Made by a program: the position numbers and the translations under genes. From Acidothermus cellulolyticus 11B (GTDB lineage: Bacteria > Actinomycetota > Actinomycetes > Acidothermales > Acidothermaceae), in contig NC_008578.1 in the NCBI RefSeq assembly GCF_000015025.1, positions 2,250,001 to 2,282,000 of the forward strand: 32,000 nucleotides of DNA. The letters are read 5' to 3'. Position 1 is the stretch's first letter. Every line of letters begins with the position of its first letter. Below the pieces are notes generated by a model, which saw nothing but the letters and a program-made list of their open reading frames with translations, had not been told where the DNA came from and did not search any database. Below, piece after piece: positions 15,320 to 24,486 of this stretch.

Positions 15320-16507
15320 ATGCACGGCGATTGGCTCGACCTCCTCCTGCTCGTCCTCATCGCCGGCGCGGCCTTCGATGGGTACCGAGCCGGGTTCGTC
15401 GTCGGCGTGCTGTCCTTCGTCGGCTTGGTCGGCGGCGGCGTCGCCGGCGCATTCCTCGCCCCGGTTCTCGCCCGTCATTTCTCCGGAAATGCGCGCGCCA
15501 TTGCCGGCGTCATCACGGTTTTTGTCCTGGCATCCATTGGTCGAGCTCTCGCCGGTGCGCTGGGGGCATTTTTGCGGGACCGCGTCCGCGGGCAATCCGG
15601 ACGGGTCGTCGACGCGATAGCCGGGGCAATCGTCTCCGTCATCGCGGTTCTGCTCGTCGCATGGTTCATCGGAAGTTCGCTCGTACGATCACCGTTCCCT
15701 GCCGTCGCCCGCGCGGTGAACAATTCCCGGATCCTCGCCGCGGTTGACCGAGAAATGCCGCCGGCCGTGGCAGCGTGGTTCGCCAACTTTCGCCGCGTTG
15801 TCGTGGACGGCGCGTTGCCCCGGGTCTTCAGCGCACTCGGGGCTGAGCGAATCATTCCGGTCGCGCCTCCGGATCCGGCAATTCTGAGCGACCCGGATGT
15901 GCGCCGCGCAGAAGCGAGCGTGGTGAAAATCACCGGAATCGCCCGCGCCTGTTCCCGGGATGTCGAGGGAAGCGGCTTCGTCTTCGCACCCGGCCGGGTG
16001 ATGACCAATGCGCACGTCGTCGCCGGCGTGACCCACCCCGTCGTGCACCTCGCCACGTCCGACGCCCGTTACGCCGCAGTCGTGGTGTATTACGACCCAC
16101 GTGTCGACGTCGCCGTGTTGCGGGTCGACGGTCTCACCGCGCCGCCACTGCAATTCGACCAGACACAGGCGGAGACCGGGGATTCCGCGGCCATCGCCGG
16201 TTTCCCGGAGAACGGGCCGTACACCGTCGTTCCGGCCCGAATCCGCGGCGCTGAATTCGCCCGCGGGCCGGACATCTACCAGTCGACACAAGTGACCCGC
16301 GAAGTTTACGCAATCCGCGGTGACGTGGAGCCGGGCAATTCCGGCGGCCCGCTTCTCGACCCGGCGGGCCGCGTGGACGGCGTCATCTTTGGGAAAGCGG
16401 TCAACGATCCGCAGACGGGTTACGCGCTCACGGCCGCGCAAGTCGCCGCTGCGGCGCGCGCCGGCGTCACGGCGACGCAGCCGGTCTCCACCCAGGGATG
16501 CGATTAG
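15320..16507 (+). CDS. marP: MarP-family membrane serine protease (CvpA domain + S1C trypsin-like domain, Rv3671c-like)
   Basis: N-terminal CvpA-like TM region. Catalytic His (TNAHVVAG), Asp (DVAVLRV) and Ser (GNSGGPL). Confidence 0.9.
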   Translation: MHGDWLDLLLLVLIAGAAFDGYRAGFVVGVLSFVGLVGGGVAGAFLAPVLARHFSGNARAIAGVITVFVLASIGRALAGALGAFLRDRVRGQSGRVVDAIAGAIVSVIAVLLVAWFIGSSLVRSPFPAVARAVNNSRILAAVDREMPPAVAAWFANFRRVVVDGALPRVFSALGAERIIPVAPPDPAILSDPDVRRAEASVVKITGIARACSRDVEGSGFVFAPGRVMTNAHVVAGVTHPVVHLATSDARYAAVVVYYDPRVDVAVLRVDGLTAPPLQFDQTQAETGDSAAIAGFPENGPYTVVPARIRGAEFARGPDIYQSTQVTREVYAIRGDVEPGNSGGPLLDPAGRVDGVIFGKAVNDPQTGYALTAAQVAAAARAGVTATQPVSTQGCD

Positions 16508-16555
16508 CGTTCCTGCTCATCGCGTGAAGACCCGTCGCCTCCGGCGCTGCCGGCG

Positions 16556-17119
16556 TTACCGGGCACCGTTGCCGACGTCCGTGCCGGCATTGCCGATGCC
16601 AGCACTGCCGTTGCCAGCGGAAACCGACGTCGTCGACGGTTGCGCTGTCCGGCCGAGAAGGCGAATGCCCGGAAGCTCACCGTCGCCGTCGTCGAGACGC
16701 GCACAATATTCCCGCACGTGGCGCACGACCTCATCGGTGTCGACACCATAGGTGGGTCCCGCGTATCGGCTGAGCCGTTCGACGGCCCGGCCGAGCAGCG
16801 CACGCGCGCCAATTCGGTTACCCCGCAGCGCGTGGGTGACGCCGACGGCCAGCTGCGCCAAGCCCTGCCAGAAATCCCGCTCACCCGGCGGCCCCTGTTT
16901 CCATGCCGCTTCAAAAACCTCATGGGCATGAAACGGCAGCCCTTCGTCGAGATAACGCTGTCCGAGTTCGACCGCCGCCTCGCCAAAGACCACGAGGTCG
17001 TCCGGCACGCGCGGCACCGCACTCTCAGCGTCCCGCGGCAACGGCCGGCCAAGGATGTCGCGAGGGCGGGCGTTCCGCGGCCGACCGTCCGCGTCCCTGT
17101 CCCGCGACATCGGGCTCAT
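16556..17119 (-). CDS. DUF309 domain-containing protein
   Basis: FHAHEVFEAAWK...FWQGLAQLAVGVTHALRGN matches the DUF309 pattern. Trimmed to the ATG at 17119, 4 nt after the upstream gene's stop. Confidence 0.7.
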   Translation of the reverse strand: MSPMSRDRDADGRPRNARPRDILGRPLPRDAESAVPRVPDDLVVFGEAAVELGQRYLDEGLPFHAHEVFEAAWKQGPPGERDFWQGLAQLAVGVTHALRGNRIGARALLGRAVERLSRYAGPTYGVDTDEVVRHVREYCARLDDGDGELPGIRLLGRTAQPSTTSVSAGNGSAGIGNAGTDVGNGAR

Positions 17120-17123
17120 CCCG

Positions 17124-18050
17124 TCACCGGCTCCGGTCCAACTCGTCCAACCAGTGCAGGATTTCTTGGCCAACGAGCTTGGGTTTCTCCTCGGGCAGCA
17201 GATGCCCGGCGTCGGCGATCACGCGCCACGAATATGCGCCGTCGACATACCGCCCGGAACCAGCCGCCGTCCGAGGCAGCACGAACGGATCAGCACCGCC
17301 GTGGAGCTGCAGGGTCGGCGCCTGAATCCGCGACCGCCGGAGCAATCGCGCGAACCGCAGCCCGTCAGCACGGAATTGCGATCGCATCCACCAGCGGAAA
17401 TACTCCAACGCCGAGTGGGCGACGTGCGGAATTTGCATGTGCGCCCGGTAGCGACGCAGTGCGTCATCGTCCCGCCAGCCACCTGCACTCCACGCGGTCA
17501 ACAGCGTGGCGACCGCCTCGGCATCCCGGCGTACCAGCGCCCGCTCCGGCCACCAGGGCAGCTGGTAGGTGAAGAGCGGCGCACTGGCCCGCAACTGGCC
17601 ACCGGGATCGGTGACGAGCGCGGTCCGGGCGCGAAGGGGATGCGCCGCGCCGAGGACGACCAGTCCGCGCACCAGCGCCGGATACAGCGCCGCCGTCGTC
17701 CAGGCGGCGAATCCTCCCCAGTCGTGCCCGATGAGGACGGCGTCCCGGGCGCCCAGGGCGCGGATCATGCCGGCGACGTCACCCGCAAGGGTGAATGCGT
17801 CGTACCCACGCGGGGGCTTGTCACTGCCGCCGTAGCCCCGCAGATCAGGTGCGACGCACCGGTACCCCGCGCTCGCGACGTCCTGCAGCAGATGCCGCAT
17901 GCTCCACCAGAACTGCGGAAAACCGTGCAGCAGAAGGACAAGCGGCCCGTCGCCGAGCTCGGCTGCGTGGAACCGCATGCCGTTGGCGGTGATGTCCCGG
18001 TGTCCCCACGGCCCCTCGGCAAACACGACGGCATGGTCCGGGATGGGCAT
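17124..18050 (-). CDS. Alpha/beta hydrolase, epoxide-hydrolase-like (EphE/Rv3670-like)
   Basis: HGFPQFWW oxyanion-hole motif and GHDWGG nucleophile elbow. 308 aa. Confidence 0.85.
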   Translation of the reverse strand: MPIPDHAVVFAEGPWGHRDITANGMRFHAAELGDGPLVLLLHGFPQFWWSMRHLLQDVASAGYRCVAPDLRGYGGSDKPPRGYDAFTLAGDVAGMIRALGARDAVLIGHDWGGFAAWTTAALYPALVRGLVVLGAAHPLRARTALVTDPGGQLRASAPLFTYQLPWWPERALVRRDAEAVATLLTAWSAGGWRDDDALRRYRAHMQIPHVAHSALEYFRWWMRSQFRADGLRFARLLRRSRIQAPTLQLHGGADPFVLPRTAAGSGRYVDGAYSWRVIADAGHLLPEEKPKLVGQEILHWLDELDRSR

Positions 18051-18083
18051 GCGCCCAGCGTGCCACAGACCCGGGCCGGGAGC

Positions 18084-18758
18084 CTATGCCCGGTCGGCGG
18101 ACGCCGGCAGATCCCGGACGTCGTCCACCGGCCACGGCACTGCCCACCCGCCGGCCGTGAGCAGCCAGTCCAATAGCCGGGCGGTGAAGCCCCAGATGAA
18201 GAATCCCCCGCCTGCGGTCCCCCGGAGGTCGAACGCCGGACCGGACCCGCCATTGGGGTATCGCACCTGGTACCGATGCGCCGGATCGGCCAGCCACCGC
18301 AGCGGCACCCGCGCAACCGCGACCACCTCGGCCGGGTCCACCGGCCGCACCGCGGACGGTCGTGCCCACCACGCAAGGACCGGAACGACGTCGAAGCCCG
18401 ACACGACCAGCGAACGTGGCGCGAGCACCCGCAGGACGCGAACACCGTCCGGGTCGAAGCCGGTCTCTTCGGCCGCCTCACGAAGCGCGGTGGCAATCGG
18501 ACCGTCGTCGGACGGCTCGCGCGCCCCGCCGGGGAATGCGACCTGGCCGGGATGGTGCCGGGACGCCGGACTCCGCTCGATCAGCAGCACGTCCGGACCG
18601 TGCGGCCCGGTGCCGAGAAGGATGAGCACCGCACTTGCGCGACCGCCGGAACTCGGCGGTGCGGCCTCGTCCGGCGCGGTGAGCAGCGGGGCAAGCCAAT
18701 CCGGTGCATCCGCCTGTCGACGCACATCGGCGCGGCCCCCGGCGGACGGTGCCGTCAT
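18084..18758 (-). CDS. NUDIX hydrolase (CoA pyrophosphatase-like, Rv3672c-like)
   Basis: NUDIX box GQVAFPGGAREPSDDGPIATALREAAEETG. Trimmed to the ATG at 18758, which forms an ATGA overlap with the tlpA-like stop. The track ORF to 19211 is over-extended. Confidence 0.8.
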   Translation of the reverse strand: MTAPSAGGRADVRRQADAPDWLAPLLTAPDEAAPPSSGGRASAVLILLGTGPHGPDVLLIERSPASRHHPGQVAFPGGAREPSDDGPIATALREAAEETGFDPDGVRVLRVLAPRSLVVSGFDVVPVLAWWARPSAVRPVDPAEVVAVARVPLRWLADPAHRYQVRYPNGGSGPAFDLRGTAGGGFFIWGFTARLLDWLLTAGGWAVPWPVDDVRDLPASADRA

Positions 18759-19363
18759 GACAGCGGGAGGCCGAGGTAGCGGGCTACGTCGCGTTCCAGA
18801 TCCCCGCGGTGCAGCTCCCCGATATGTCGTCCCGCGATAGAACCATCGGCGGCGACGTACAGCGTGACGGGGATACCGGTCAGCGCCAGGCGATTCACCA
18901 GCGTCCCGGTCGCGTCGAAGACCGACGGATAGTGCAGCCCGAGCCCTGCGGCCAGAGAAAGCGCGTCGTTGGGCGTGTCGGGAAACGCGCCGTCGACAAC
19001 GCCGAGCACCCCGACCCGGCTGCCGTGCGCCGCGAAGAACCGTTGCAGCAGCGGACCTTCGGCTCGGCACGGCGTGCAATGCGAGGACCAAATGTTCACA
19101 ACGAGGGGCCCGCGGAGACGGGCGAGGTTGACGGCAGGTCCAGTGCCCAGACAGGGCAGGGTCAGATCCGGCAATCCGTTCGGCGCAGCCGATCCAGTCG
19201 CCGACGGACACCGGTCGAGATCAGCCTGCTGAACGAGCGCCACGCTCGGTTTGGGCACGGAACTGCCGGTCGCCGTCACCCGGTTGATCGCGAAAGCAAC
19301 CGCAACCAGCAGCGCGACGACCGCTGCCCCCGTCCACACCCGCCGCCGCGACATCCCACCCAT
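18755..19363 (-). CDS. TlpA-family thiol:disulfide oxidoreductase (thioredoxin fold, Rv3673c-like)
   Basis: N-terminal TM anchor and the WSSHCTPCRAE CxxC active site. Confidence 0.85.
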   Translation of the reverse strand: MGGMSRRRVWTGAAVVALLVAVAFAINRVTATGSSVPKPSVALVQQADLDRCPSATGSAAPNGLPDLTLPCLGTGPAVNLARLRGPLVVNIWSSHCTPCRAEGPLLQRFFAAHGSRVGVLGVVDGAFPDTPNDALSLAAGLGLHYPSVFDATGTLVNRLALTGIPVTLYVAADGSIAGRHIGELHRGDLERDVARYLGLPLS

Positions 19364-19375
19364 CCCGAGCCGTAC

Positions 19376-20167
19376 TCACCGCAGGGCGTCAACCGGGCCG
19401 GTCTTGACGAGTTTTGCCGCCTCGACGGGGTCGGTAGGGCCGATCCCGTACGACGGGCACAACCGCGCAAGGCCGCACGCGCCGCACGCCGGTTTCCGGG
19501 CATGACACACCCGGCGTCCATGCCAGATCATCCGGTGGGAGAGCGCGGTCCACTCCTCGCGGGGAATAAGCGCCGCAATCTCCTGCTCAACGACAACCGG
19601 ATCATTCGACGTCGTCCAGCCGAACCGCTTGGCCAGTCGCAGCACGTGCGTATCGACGGTGATCCCCGGGATGCCGAACGCCGTGCCGAGAACAACATTC
19701 GCCGTCTTGCGCCCGACACCCGGCAGAGTGACGAGGTCGTCCAGGCGGTCCGGAACCTCACCGCCGAACCGCTCGCAGAGTGCCTGTGCCATGCCGATGA
19801 TGGCGGCTGTCTTGTTGCGATAGAAGCCGGTGGAGGCGATGAGCTTCTCCAATTCGGCGCGATCGGCGGCCGCGTAATCCGCAGCACTGCGGTATTTGGC
19901 GAACAATGCGGGGGTCACCATGTTGACCCGCTGGTCCGTGCACTGCGCAGACAGGATCGTGGCCACCAGAAGTTCCAGCGGGTTGGAGAAATTCAGCTCG
20001 CAGTGCGCATCGGGGTACAGCTCGGCAAGCGCCTTCGCGATCGCCCGGGCCTGGCGGACCCGGGCCCGGTCCGGCGGAGCGGAGGATTGCCCTTTGCCAC
20101 GGACGGCGGTCCCGCGGCTCGCCGCGGCACGCGTCGCCGCGGTCCGATTGACGCTGGTGGAAACCAC
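19376..20167 (-). CDS. nth: Endonuclease III (DNA glycosylase / AP lyase)
   Basis: HhH-GPD motif [13 protein letters not shown] and 4Fe-4S cluster loop [17 protein letters not shown]. The track ORF to 20947 is over-extended. A GTG at 20167 is proposed (263 aa), but the start is uncertain. Confidence 0.9.
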   Translation of the reverse strand: MVSTSVNRTAATRAAASRGTAVRGKGQSSAPPDRARVRQARAIAKALAELYPDAHCELNFSNPLELLVATILSAQCTDQRVNMVTPALFAKYRSAADYAAADRAELEKLIASTGFYRNKTAAIIGMAQALCERFGGEVPDRLDDLVTLPGVGRKTANVVLGTAFGIPGITVDTHVLRLAKRFGWTTSNDPVVVEQEIAALIPREEWTALSHRMIWHGRRVCHARKPACGACGLARLCPSYGIGPTDPVEAAKLVKTGPVDALR

Positions 20168-20278
20168 GAATTGCAGCCTAGACGGCTGGGACGAGCCGAT
20201 CTCAGCCTCGGGTGACCATCGGCCGGTGAACGGAGCAATTCCGCTGTCCGGGTGACATGCCGATGATGCGCCGATCGG

Positions 20279-20944
20279 GTGCTCAAGCGGTTCCGAGAGG
20301 CCGCCGATCCCGGCAAGGGAACGGGGCGACAGCAGGATCGCCGACTCTTTGACCCGACCCAGAGACGGAGCGACGTGAGCGCGGAACGTGTGGCCGGACG
20401 GACCCGACCATCGGCGTCCACCCCGCAGAACACCGCCCGGTCGCACACTCCGCAACGGAACCCCAATTTCGACCATCTCTCGCTTCACGATTTGCGTGCC
20501 TACCGGCAGGCCCTCGTCGAGGAGGAGGACCGCGTCTCGTACTGGCGGCGCATCATCCAAGCACGGCTCGATCTCGTGCGTGCCGGCGAAGCAGGTGAGA
20601 TCAACACGGCGGCGGTCCGCCACGTTCTCGCGGAAGCGCGGCTGGACGCCGGCCGTAGGGCGTTGATCCGCATCCTGCCGAACGACGACATGCCCCCGCT
20701 GCCAAACTTGGACCGCCTTTGGGAGCGGCAGCCCCGACCGGGGGACACCCGCTACAACGAGATGCTGGCCCGGGAACTCGCCGGAGCGGAGATCCAACTC
20801 TCTGCGTACCGTGCCGCCCTGCATCGGCGAATCGAGGCCGCCACCAAGGAATTGATTGCCCGCTACCGCGAAGATCCCAGCCTCTGCCTGCTCGCCCTCC
20901 CCGTCGAACCGGCCCAGATGCGCGAACGCCGACGCCCGGTGTGA
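20279..20944 (+). CDS. Coiled-coil protein with an RsiG-like c-di-GMP-binding signature (putative anti-sigma factor of the RsiG family)
   Basis: Residues 83-98, [16 protein letters not shown], fit E(X)3S(X)2R(X)3Q(X)3D exactly. Residues 171-186, [16 protein letters not shown], form a second copy with Q->H and D->E. The N-terminal 65 aa are disordered and the start is uncertain. The functional call is an inference. Confidence 0.5.
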   Translation: MLKRFREAADPGKGTGRQQDRRLFDPTQRRSDVSAERVAGRTRPSASTPQNTARSHTPQRNPNFDHLSLHDLRAYRQALVEEEDRVSYWRRIIQARLDLVRAGEAGEINTAAVRHVLAEARLDAGRRALIRILPNDDMPPLPNLDRLWERQPRPGDTRYNEMLARELAGAEIQLSAYRAALHRRIEAATKELIARYREDPSLCLLALPVEPAQMRERRRPV

Positions 20945-20955
20945 CAATCACCCAC

Positions 20956-21630
20956 ATGGACGACGTGCTCAGCGGTTTACCGCTGTTCGCCGCCCTCGAT
21001 GAAGAGGCGGACACCGCCTTGCGCCAAGCGATGTCCTACGAGCGGTTCGCGCGCGGCCAGGTGATTTTCAACGAGGGTGATCCCGGCGACAAGTTGTACG
21101 CAATCATCGAAGGCAAGGTCAAACTCGCCCGCACAGCGCCGGACGGCAGGGAGAACCTGCAAGCCGTCCTGGGGCCAGGAGAGATGTTCGGTGAGCTCTC
21201 GCTCTTTGACCCTAAGCCGCGTACCGCCGGTGCGATCGCGGTGACCGATGCCGTCTTGGCATCGCTGGCGCACGACGCTCTGCGCCCGTGGCTGACCGGC
21301 CGTCCCGACGTGGCGATGCAGCTGCTCCGCGCCCTCGCCCAGCGGTTGCGCCGGACCAACGACGTACTCGCCGATCTGGTCTTCTCCGACGTCCCCGCCA
21401 GGGTGGCCAAGGCTCTCCTCGGGTTGGCGGAACGTTTTGGCGAAGAGACACCGGAGGGGTTGTACGTCGCGCACGACCTCACCCAGGAGGAACTTGCGCA
21501 GATGGTCGGTGCGTCTCGCGAGACAGTCAATAAAGCGCTGGCGGACTTCGCGAACCGCGGCTGGCTGCGGGTCGAACCACGCGCCGTCCTCATCAAGGAC
21601 CTTGACGGCCTGACCCGCCGCGCAAAATAA
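20956..21630 (+). CDS. crp: cAMP receptor protein, Crp/Fnr-family transcriptional regulator (Rv3676-like)
   Basis: 224 aa from the ATG at 20956. cNMP-binding motif GEMFGELSLFD..PRTA and C-terminal HTH TQEELAQMVGASRETVNKAL. The track start at 20719 is over-extended. Confidence 0.95.
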   Translation: MDDVLSGLPLFAALDEEADTALRQAMSYERFARGQVIFNEGDPGDKLYAIIEGKVKLARTAPDGRENLQAVLGPGEMFGELSLFDPKPRTAGAIAVTDAVLASLAHDALRPWLTGRPDVAMQLLRALAQRLRRTNDVLADLVFSDVPARVAKALLGLAERFGEETPEGLYVAHDLTQEELAQMVGASRETVNKALADFANRGWLRVEPRAVLIKDLDGLTRRAK

Positions 21631-21657
21631 CGCCGTACGCCGCGTTTTGCTGCGCTG

Positions 21658-21870
21658 ATGTCCGTCATCACGTCATTCATGCTGTCCCCGGTGTTCGGCG
21701 TGCTCACGCTACTGATCATAGGTCCCCTCGGATTCATTTTGAGCCTCATCTACTGGCGTCTGCTGATGGAATTCTTCGTCGCCTTCTTCCGTATCCACGA
21801 CCAACTCAACGTCATCGCACAAAAGATGACCGAGACTCCGGTCAGCGCCATGACAGCGGCGCAAGGCTGA
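21658..21870 (+). CDS. Small two-TM membrane protein, DUF4282-like
   Basis: 70 aa. Two hydrophobic helices and a WRLLMEFFVAFFRIHDQL segment resembling the DUF4282 C-terminal motif. Third codon positions are mostly G/C despite the low overall GC. A strong hairpin follows. Confidence 0.55.
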   Translation: MSVITSFMLSPVFGVLTLLIIGPLGFILSLIYWRLLMEFFVAFFRIHDQLNVIAQKMTETPVSAMTAAQG

Positions 21871-21885
21871 TTGGGCGAAGCATTC

Positions 21886-21921
21886 GAGCGGGCGGGTGCC
21901 AAGACGGCGTCCCGCCCGCTC
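21886..21921 (+). terminator. GC-rich stem-loop (11-bp stem GAGCGGGCGGG / CCCGCCCGCTC) downstream of the small membrane protein gene
   Basis: Inverted repeat read directly. There is no U-tract, as in the I-shaped terminators common in actinobacteria. Confidence 0.5.
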
Positions 21922-22090
21922 ACGGAGGAATAGACGGCAACGCGGTTTTCATCAGGCAGGTAAAGAAGCGTCCCGCCCGCTCACGGGAAAAATGCACGCA
22001 TCCGGGAATGACTGCAGGCATTGCCGGGCGGGTGGCGCCGAGGTGCTGCGGCAGACCAGCACATACCCCACAGCGGCGCGCAGTGCGTCG

Positions 22091-22897
22091 TCAGTGACCT
22101 TCCGATGACAATGCCGCTTCCCAGTCCGCGAAATCTGCGGGAAGCTCGCCAATGTCCCGCACGTAAGCGAGTTGCGCGAGCAGAGTCGAATACGCCGCCG
22201 CACTCAACTCGGGCACGACCTCCGGACGATAGACCGCGTCATAGACCTCGTCCACGTCGCGGGCACCGTTTCTCAAGGCCGACCGGATGCGTTCCAACCG
22301 CTGCTCCCGATGCTGCAACAATTCCGAAAGCGCGGCGGCGGCGTCCGTGCGCACCGGACCGTGCCCGGGTAGCAGGGTGTCGATGGCATGGTCCGCGACG
22401 AATTCTGCAAGCCGGCGCAGGGTGCGCAGATACGCGCCGAGATTCCCGTCCGGCCAGGCAACCAGGCTGCTTCCCGCGCCGAGCACGGTGTCGCCGGTGA
22501 GCAGGGCGCGGTCGGCGGTCACCGCGAAACACACCGAATCCTGGGTGTGACCCGGTGCAGCGATAACCTCAACGGCGAGACCGCCGACCCGCAGCTGTTC
22601 GCCGTCCGCCAGCGGCGGACCGCCCTGGCAGAGTCGCGGATCCGCCGCCCGAACGGGGGCGTCCACCATCGCGGCCACCCGCAGAGCCGCCTCCGCGTGG
22701 TCCACGTGACCGTGCGTGAGGACGACCGCCACTCCGCGCGCTCCGCGCACCGCCTCGGCAATACGGCGCAGATGCCGCGCGGACGCCGGACCTGGGTCGG
22801 CGACAATCACCTCGCCGCCGTCGGTGATGACCCACGTGTTGGTGCCGGCCAGCGTGTACGGCGATGGATTGTCCGCGCGAATCAACTGCGTGTGCAT
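22091..22897 (-). CDS. MBL-fold metallo-hydrolase (Rv3677c-like)
   Basis: THGHVDHAE metal-binding motif and a downstream APGHT. 268 aa. Confidence 0.85.
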   Translation of the reverse strand: MHTQLIRADNPSPYTLAGTNTWVITDGGEVIVADPGPASARHLRRIAEAVRGARGVAVVLTHGHVDHAEAALRVAAMVDAPVRAADPRLCQGGPPLADGEQLRVGGLAVEVIAAPGHTQDSVCFAVTADRALLTGDTVLGAGSSLVAWPDGNLGAYLRTLRRLAEFVADHAIDTLLPGHGPVRTDAAAALSELLQHREQRLERIRSALRNGARDVDEVYDAVYRPEVVPELSAAAYSTLLAQLAYVRDIGELPADFADWEAALSSEGH

Positions 22898-23001
22898 GGC
22901 TCCTCCGCTGCCAGGCTATGCACGCACGACGCCTTGGCGGCGGCTCGCGCCGGCGGCGGCTCGCGTCAGCCGCAGCCCGGTGGCAAAGCGACCGGCGTCG
23001 G

Positions 23002-23709
23002 TCACGGCGCGGCCGTGTTCACGAAACACGGCGGATCCGCTGTCAGGTCAATGGTGAGCGCGAACCGACGCACCCGGTGCTCAGCCTGAAGCACCTGCGC
23101 TGTGGACCGGAATTCCGCCAATTCCGCGAGGGTGTACAGCGTCGGCGGAAGCATGAGCCAGCCTCGCGTCTGTGCGGCATGCAATGCAGCGGCCGGCTCG
23201 ACCCAGTACGCCGCCTGCGTCTCGGCGGCGTCAAGGACAACCCGCGTCGTCTCGGGTGCCGGTGCGACGAAGAAATACGTCTCGAACCGACGCGGCTCAT
23301 ACGGCGGGGTCAGCCAAATCGACCACAGGCGAAGGTCGGCGGGTTCGACGACAAGGCCGGTCTCTTCGGCCGTCTCCCGGACAGCAGCCCGCCGGAAGGC
23401 CGCCGAAGGGTCGCGTGCGGCGGTGGCCCGTGCTCCGGCTCCGCGACCGGGATCTGCGTCCCTCAAGCCGGCCCTGTCATCCAGCACATCGTCGCTCTCG
23501 TCAACTTTGCCACCGGGGAAAGCGTAGTGCCCACCGGCAAAGGAAAGCCCCGCGGCGCGGTGCACGAGGAGAACCCGTAACGGGTGGTCCCGCACGAGGA
23601 CAAGCGTCGCGGCCGGAACGGCAGGCACTGGGCTGGCGCCCTTGGTGGCAAAGGACCGCGCCCGGGCAATCGCAGCAGCGTCAGGCGGCGGGAATCGCAC
23701 GGTAGGCAC
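23002..23709 (-). CDS. NUDIX hydrolase
   Basis: FPGGKVDE...(insertion)...AAVRETAEETGL, a NUDIX box interrupted by an insertion. GTG start. Confidence 0.75.
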   Translation of the reverse strand: MPTVRFPPPDAAAIARARSFATKGASPVPAVPAATLVLVRDHPLRVLLVHRAAGLSFAGGHYAFPGGKVDESDDVLDDRAGLRDADPGRGAGARATAARDPSAAFRRAAVRETAEETGLVVEPADLRLWSIWLTPPYEPRRFETYFFVAPAPETTRVVLDAAETQAAYWVEPAAALHAAQTRGWLMLPPTLYTLAELAEFRSTAQVLQAEHRVRRFALTIDLTADPPCFVNTAAP

Positions 23710-23729
23710 GTGATGCGGCGCTCCCGGTC

Positions 23730-24215
23730 TCAGTCGTCGGCGACTTCGACGATCACCTCGACTTCGACCGGCGCGTCCAGCGGCAAGACCGCCACCCCAA
23801 CCGCGCTCCTCGCGTGCGCGCCGGCATCCCCGAAAACCTCGGTCAGCAATTCGCTGGCGCCGTTAATGACACCCGGTTGGCCCGTGAAACTTCGCGAGCT
23901 CGCGACGTACCCGACCACCTTGACCACCCGGCGTACCTTAGCGAGATCGCCTATCAGGTCGCGGATCGCGGCCAGCGCGTTCAGCGCGCAGATGCGGGCG
24001 GCGGCACGCGCCGCCTCCGGCGAGACCTCGGCGTCCACGTCGGTGCCGACCTTGCCTGTCTCGACCAGCTCGCCGTCCACCATGGGCAGCTGGCCCGAGG
24101 TGTACACGTAGCGTCCAGTCCGGACGGCGGGCACGTACGCCGCAACCGGCCGCGCCACCGCCGGCAGCCGGAGGCCGAGGGCGGCGAGGCGCTCTTCCGG
24201 AGTGGACGCGGTCAT
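23730..24215 (-). CDS. RidA / YjgF / L-PSP-family reactive-intermediate deaminase (Rv3678c-like)
   Basis: 161 aa. The pattern YVYTSGQLP...VKVVGYV...ARSAVGVAVLPLDAPVEVEVIVEV is typical of RidA. Confidence 0.9.
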   Translation of the reverse strand: MTASTPEERLAALGLRLPAVARPVAAYVPAVRTGRYVYTSGQLPMVDGELVETGKVGTDVDAEVSPEAARAAARICALNALAAIRDLIGDLAKVRRVVKVVGYVASSRSFTGQPGVINGASELLTEVFGDAGAHARSAVGVAVLPLDAPVEVEVIVEVADD

Positions 24216-24219
24216 CGGA

Positions 24220-24378
24220 TCACGCCTGCCGCGGTCGCTTGAAGTAGGCGACGAGTTGGTCGGGACCGGGTCCGGGAATCACCGTCACGAGTTCCCAACC
24301 GTCCGCGCCCCACGTGTCAAGGATCTGCTTGGTCGCATGGACGAGTAGCGGCACGGTCGCGTATTCCCAGGCACTCAC
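24220..24378 (-). CDS. DUF4177 domain-containing small protein (Rv3678A-like)
   Basis: WEYATVPLL...GADGWELV pattern. A GTG at 24378 with GGGAGG just upstream is preferred over the track start at 24420. Confidence 0.7.
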   Translation of the reverse strand: MSAWEYATVPLLVHATKQILDTWGADGWELVTVIPGPGPDQLVAYFKRPRQA

Positions 24379-24486
24379 CGAGCCTCCCTGCACCCCACCG
24401 GTGCGCGCTGACGCCTCCACCGGACACTCATCGATGACCTGAGCCTAACCAGCGCCGCCGCGGCGTCGGCTCTAGGCTCGACCATC

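Noticed and set aside
20935-20955. TGTGACAATCAC just upstream of the crp start, considered as a CRP autoregulatory site.
   Set aside because: The half-sites are separated by 3 nt (GTGA-N3-TCAC) rather than fitting the TGTGA-N6-TCACA geometry. The sequence also overlaps the upstream gene's stop codon, so a single weak match is not convincing.
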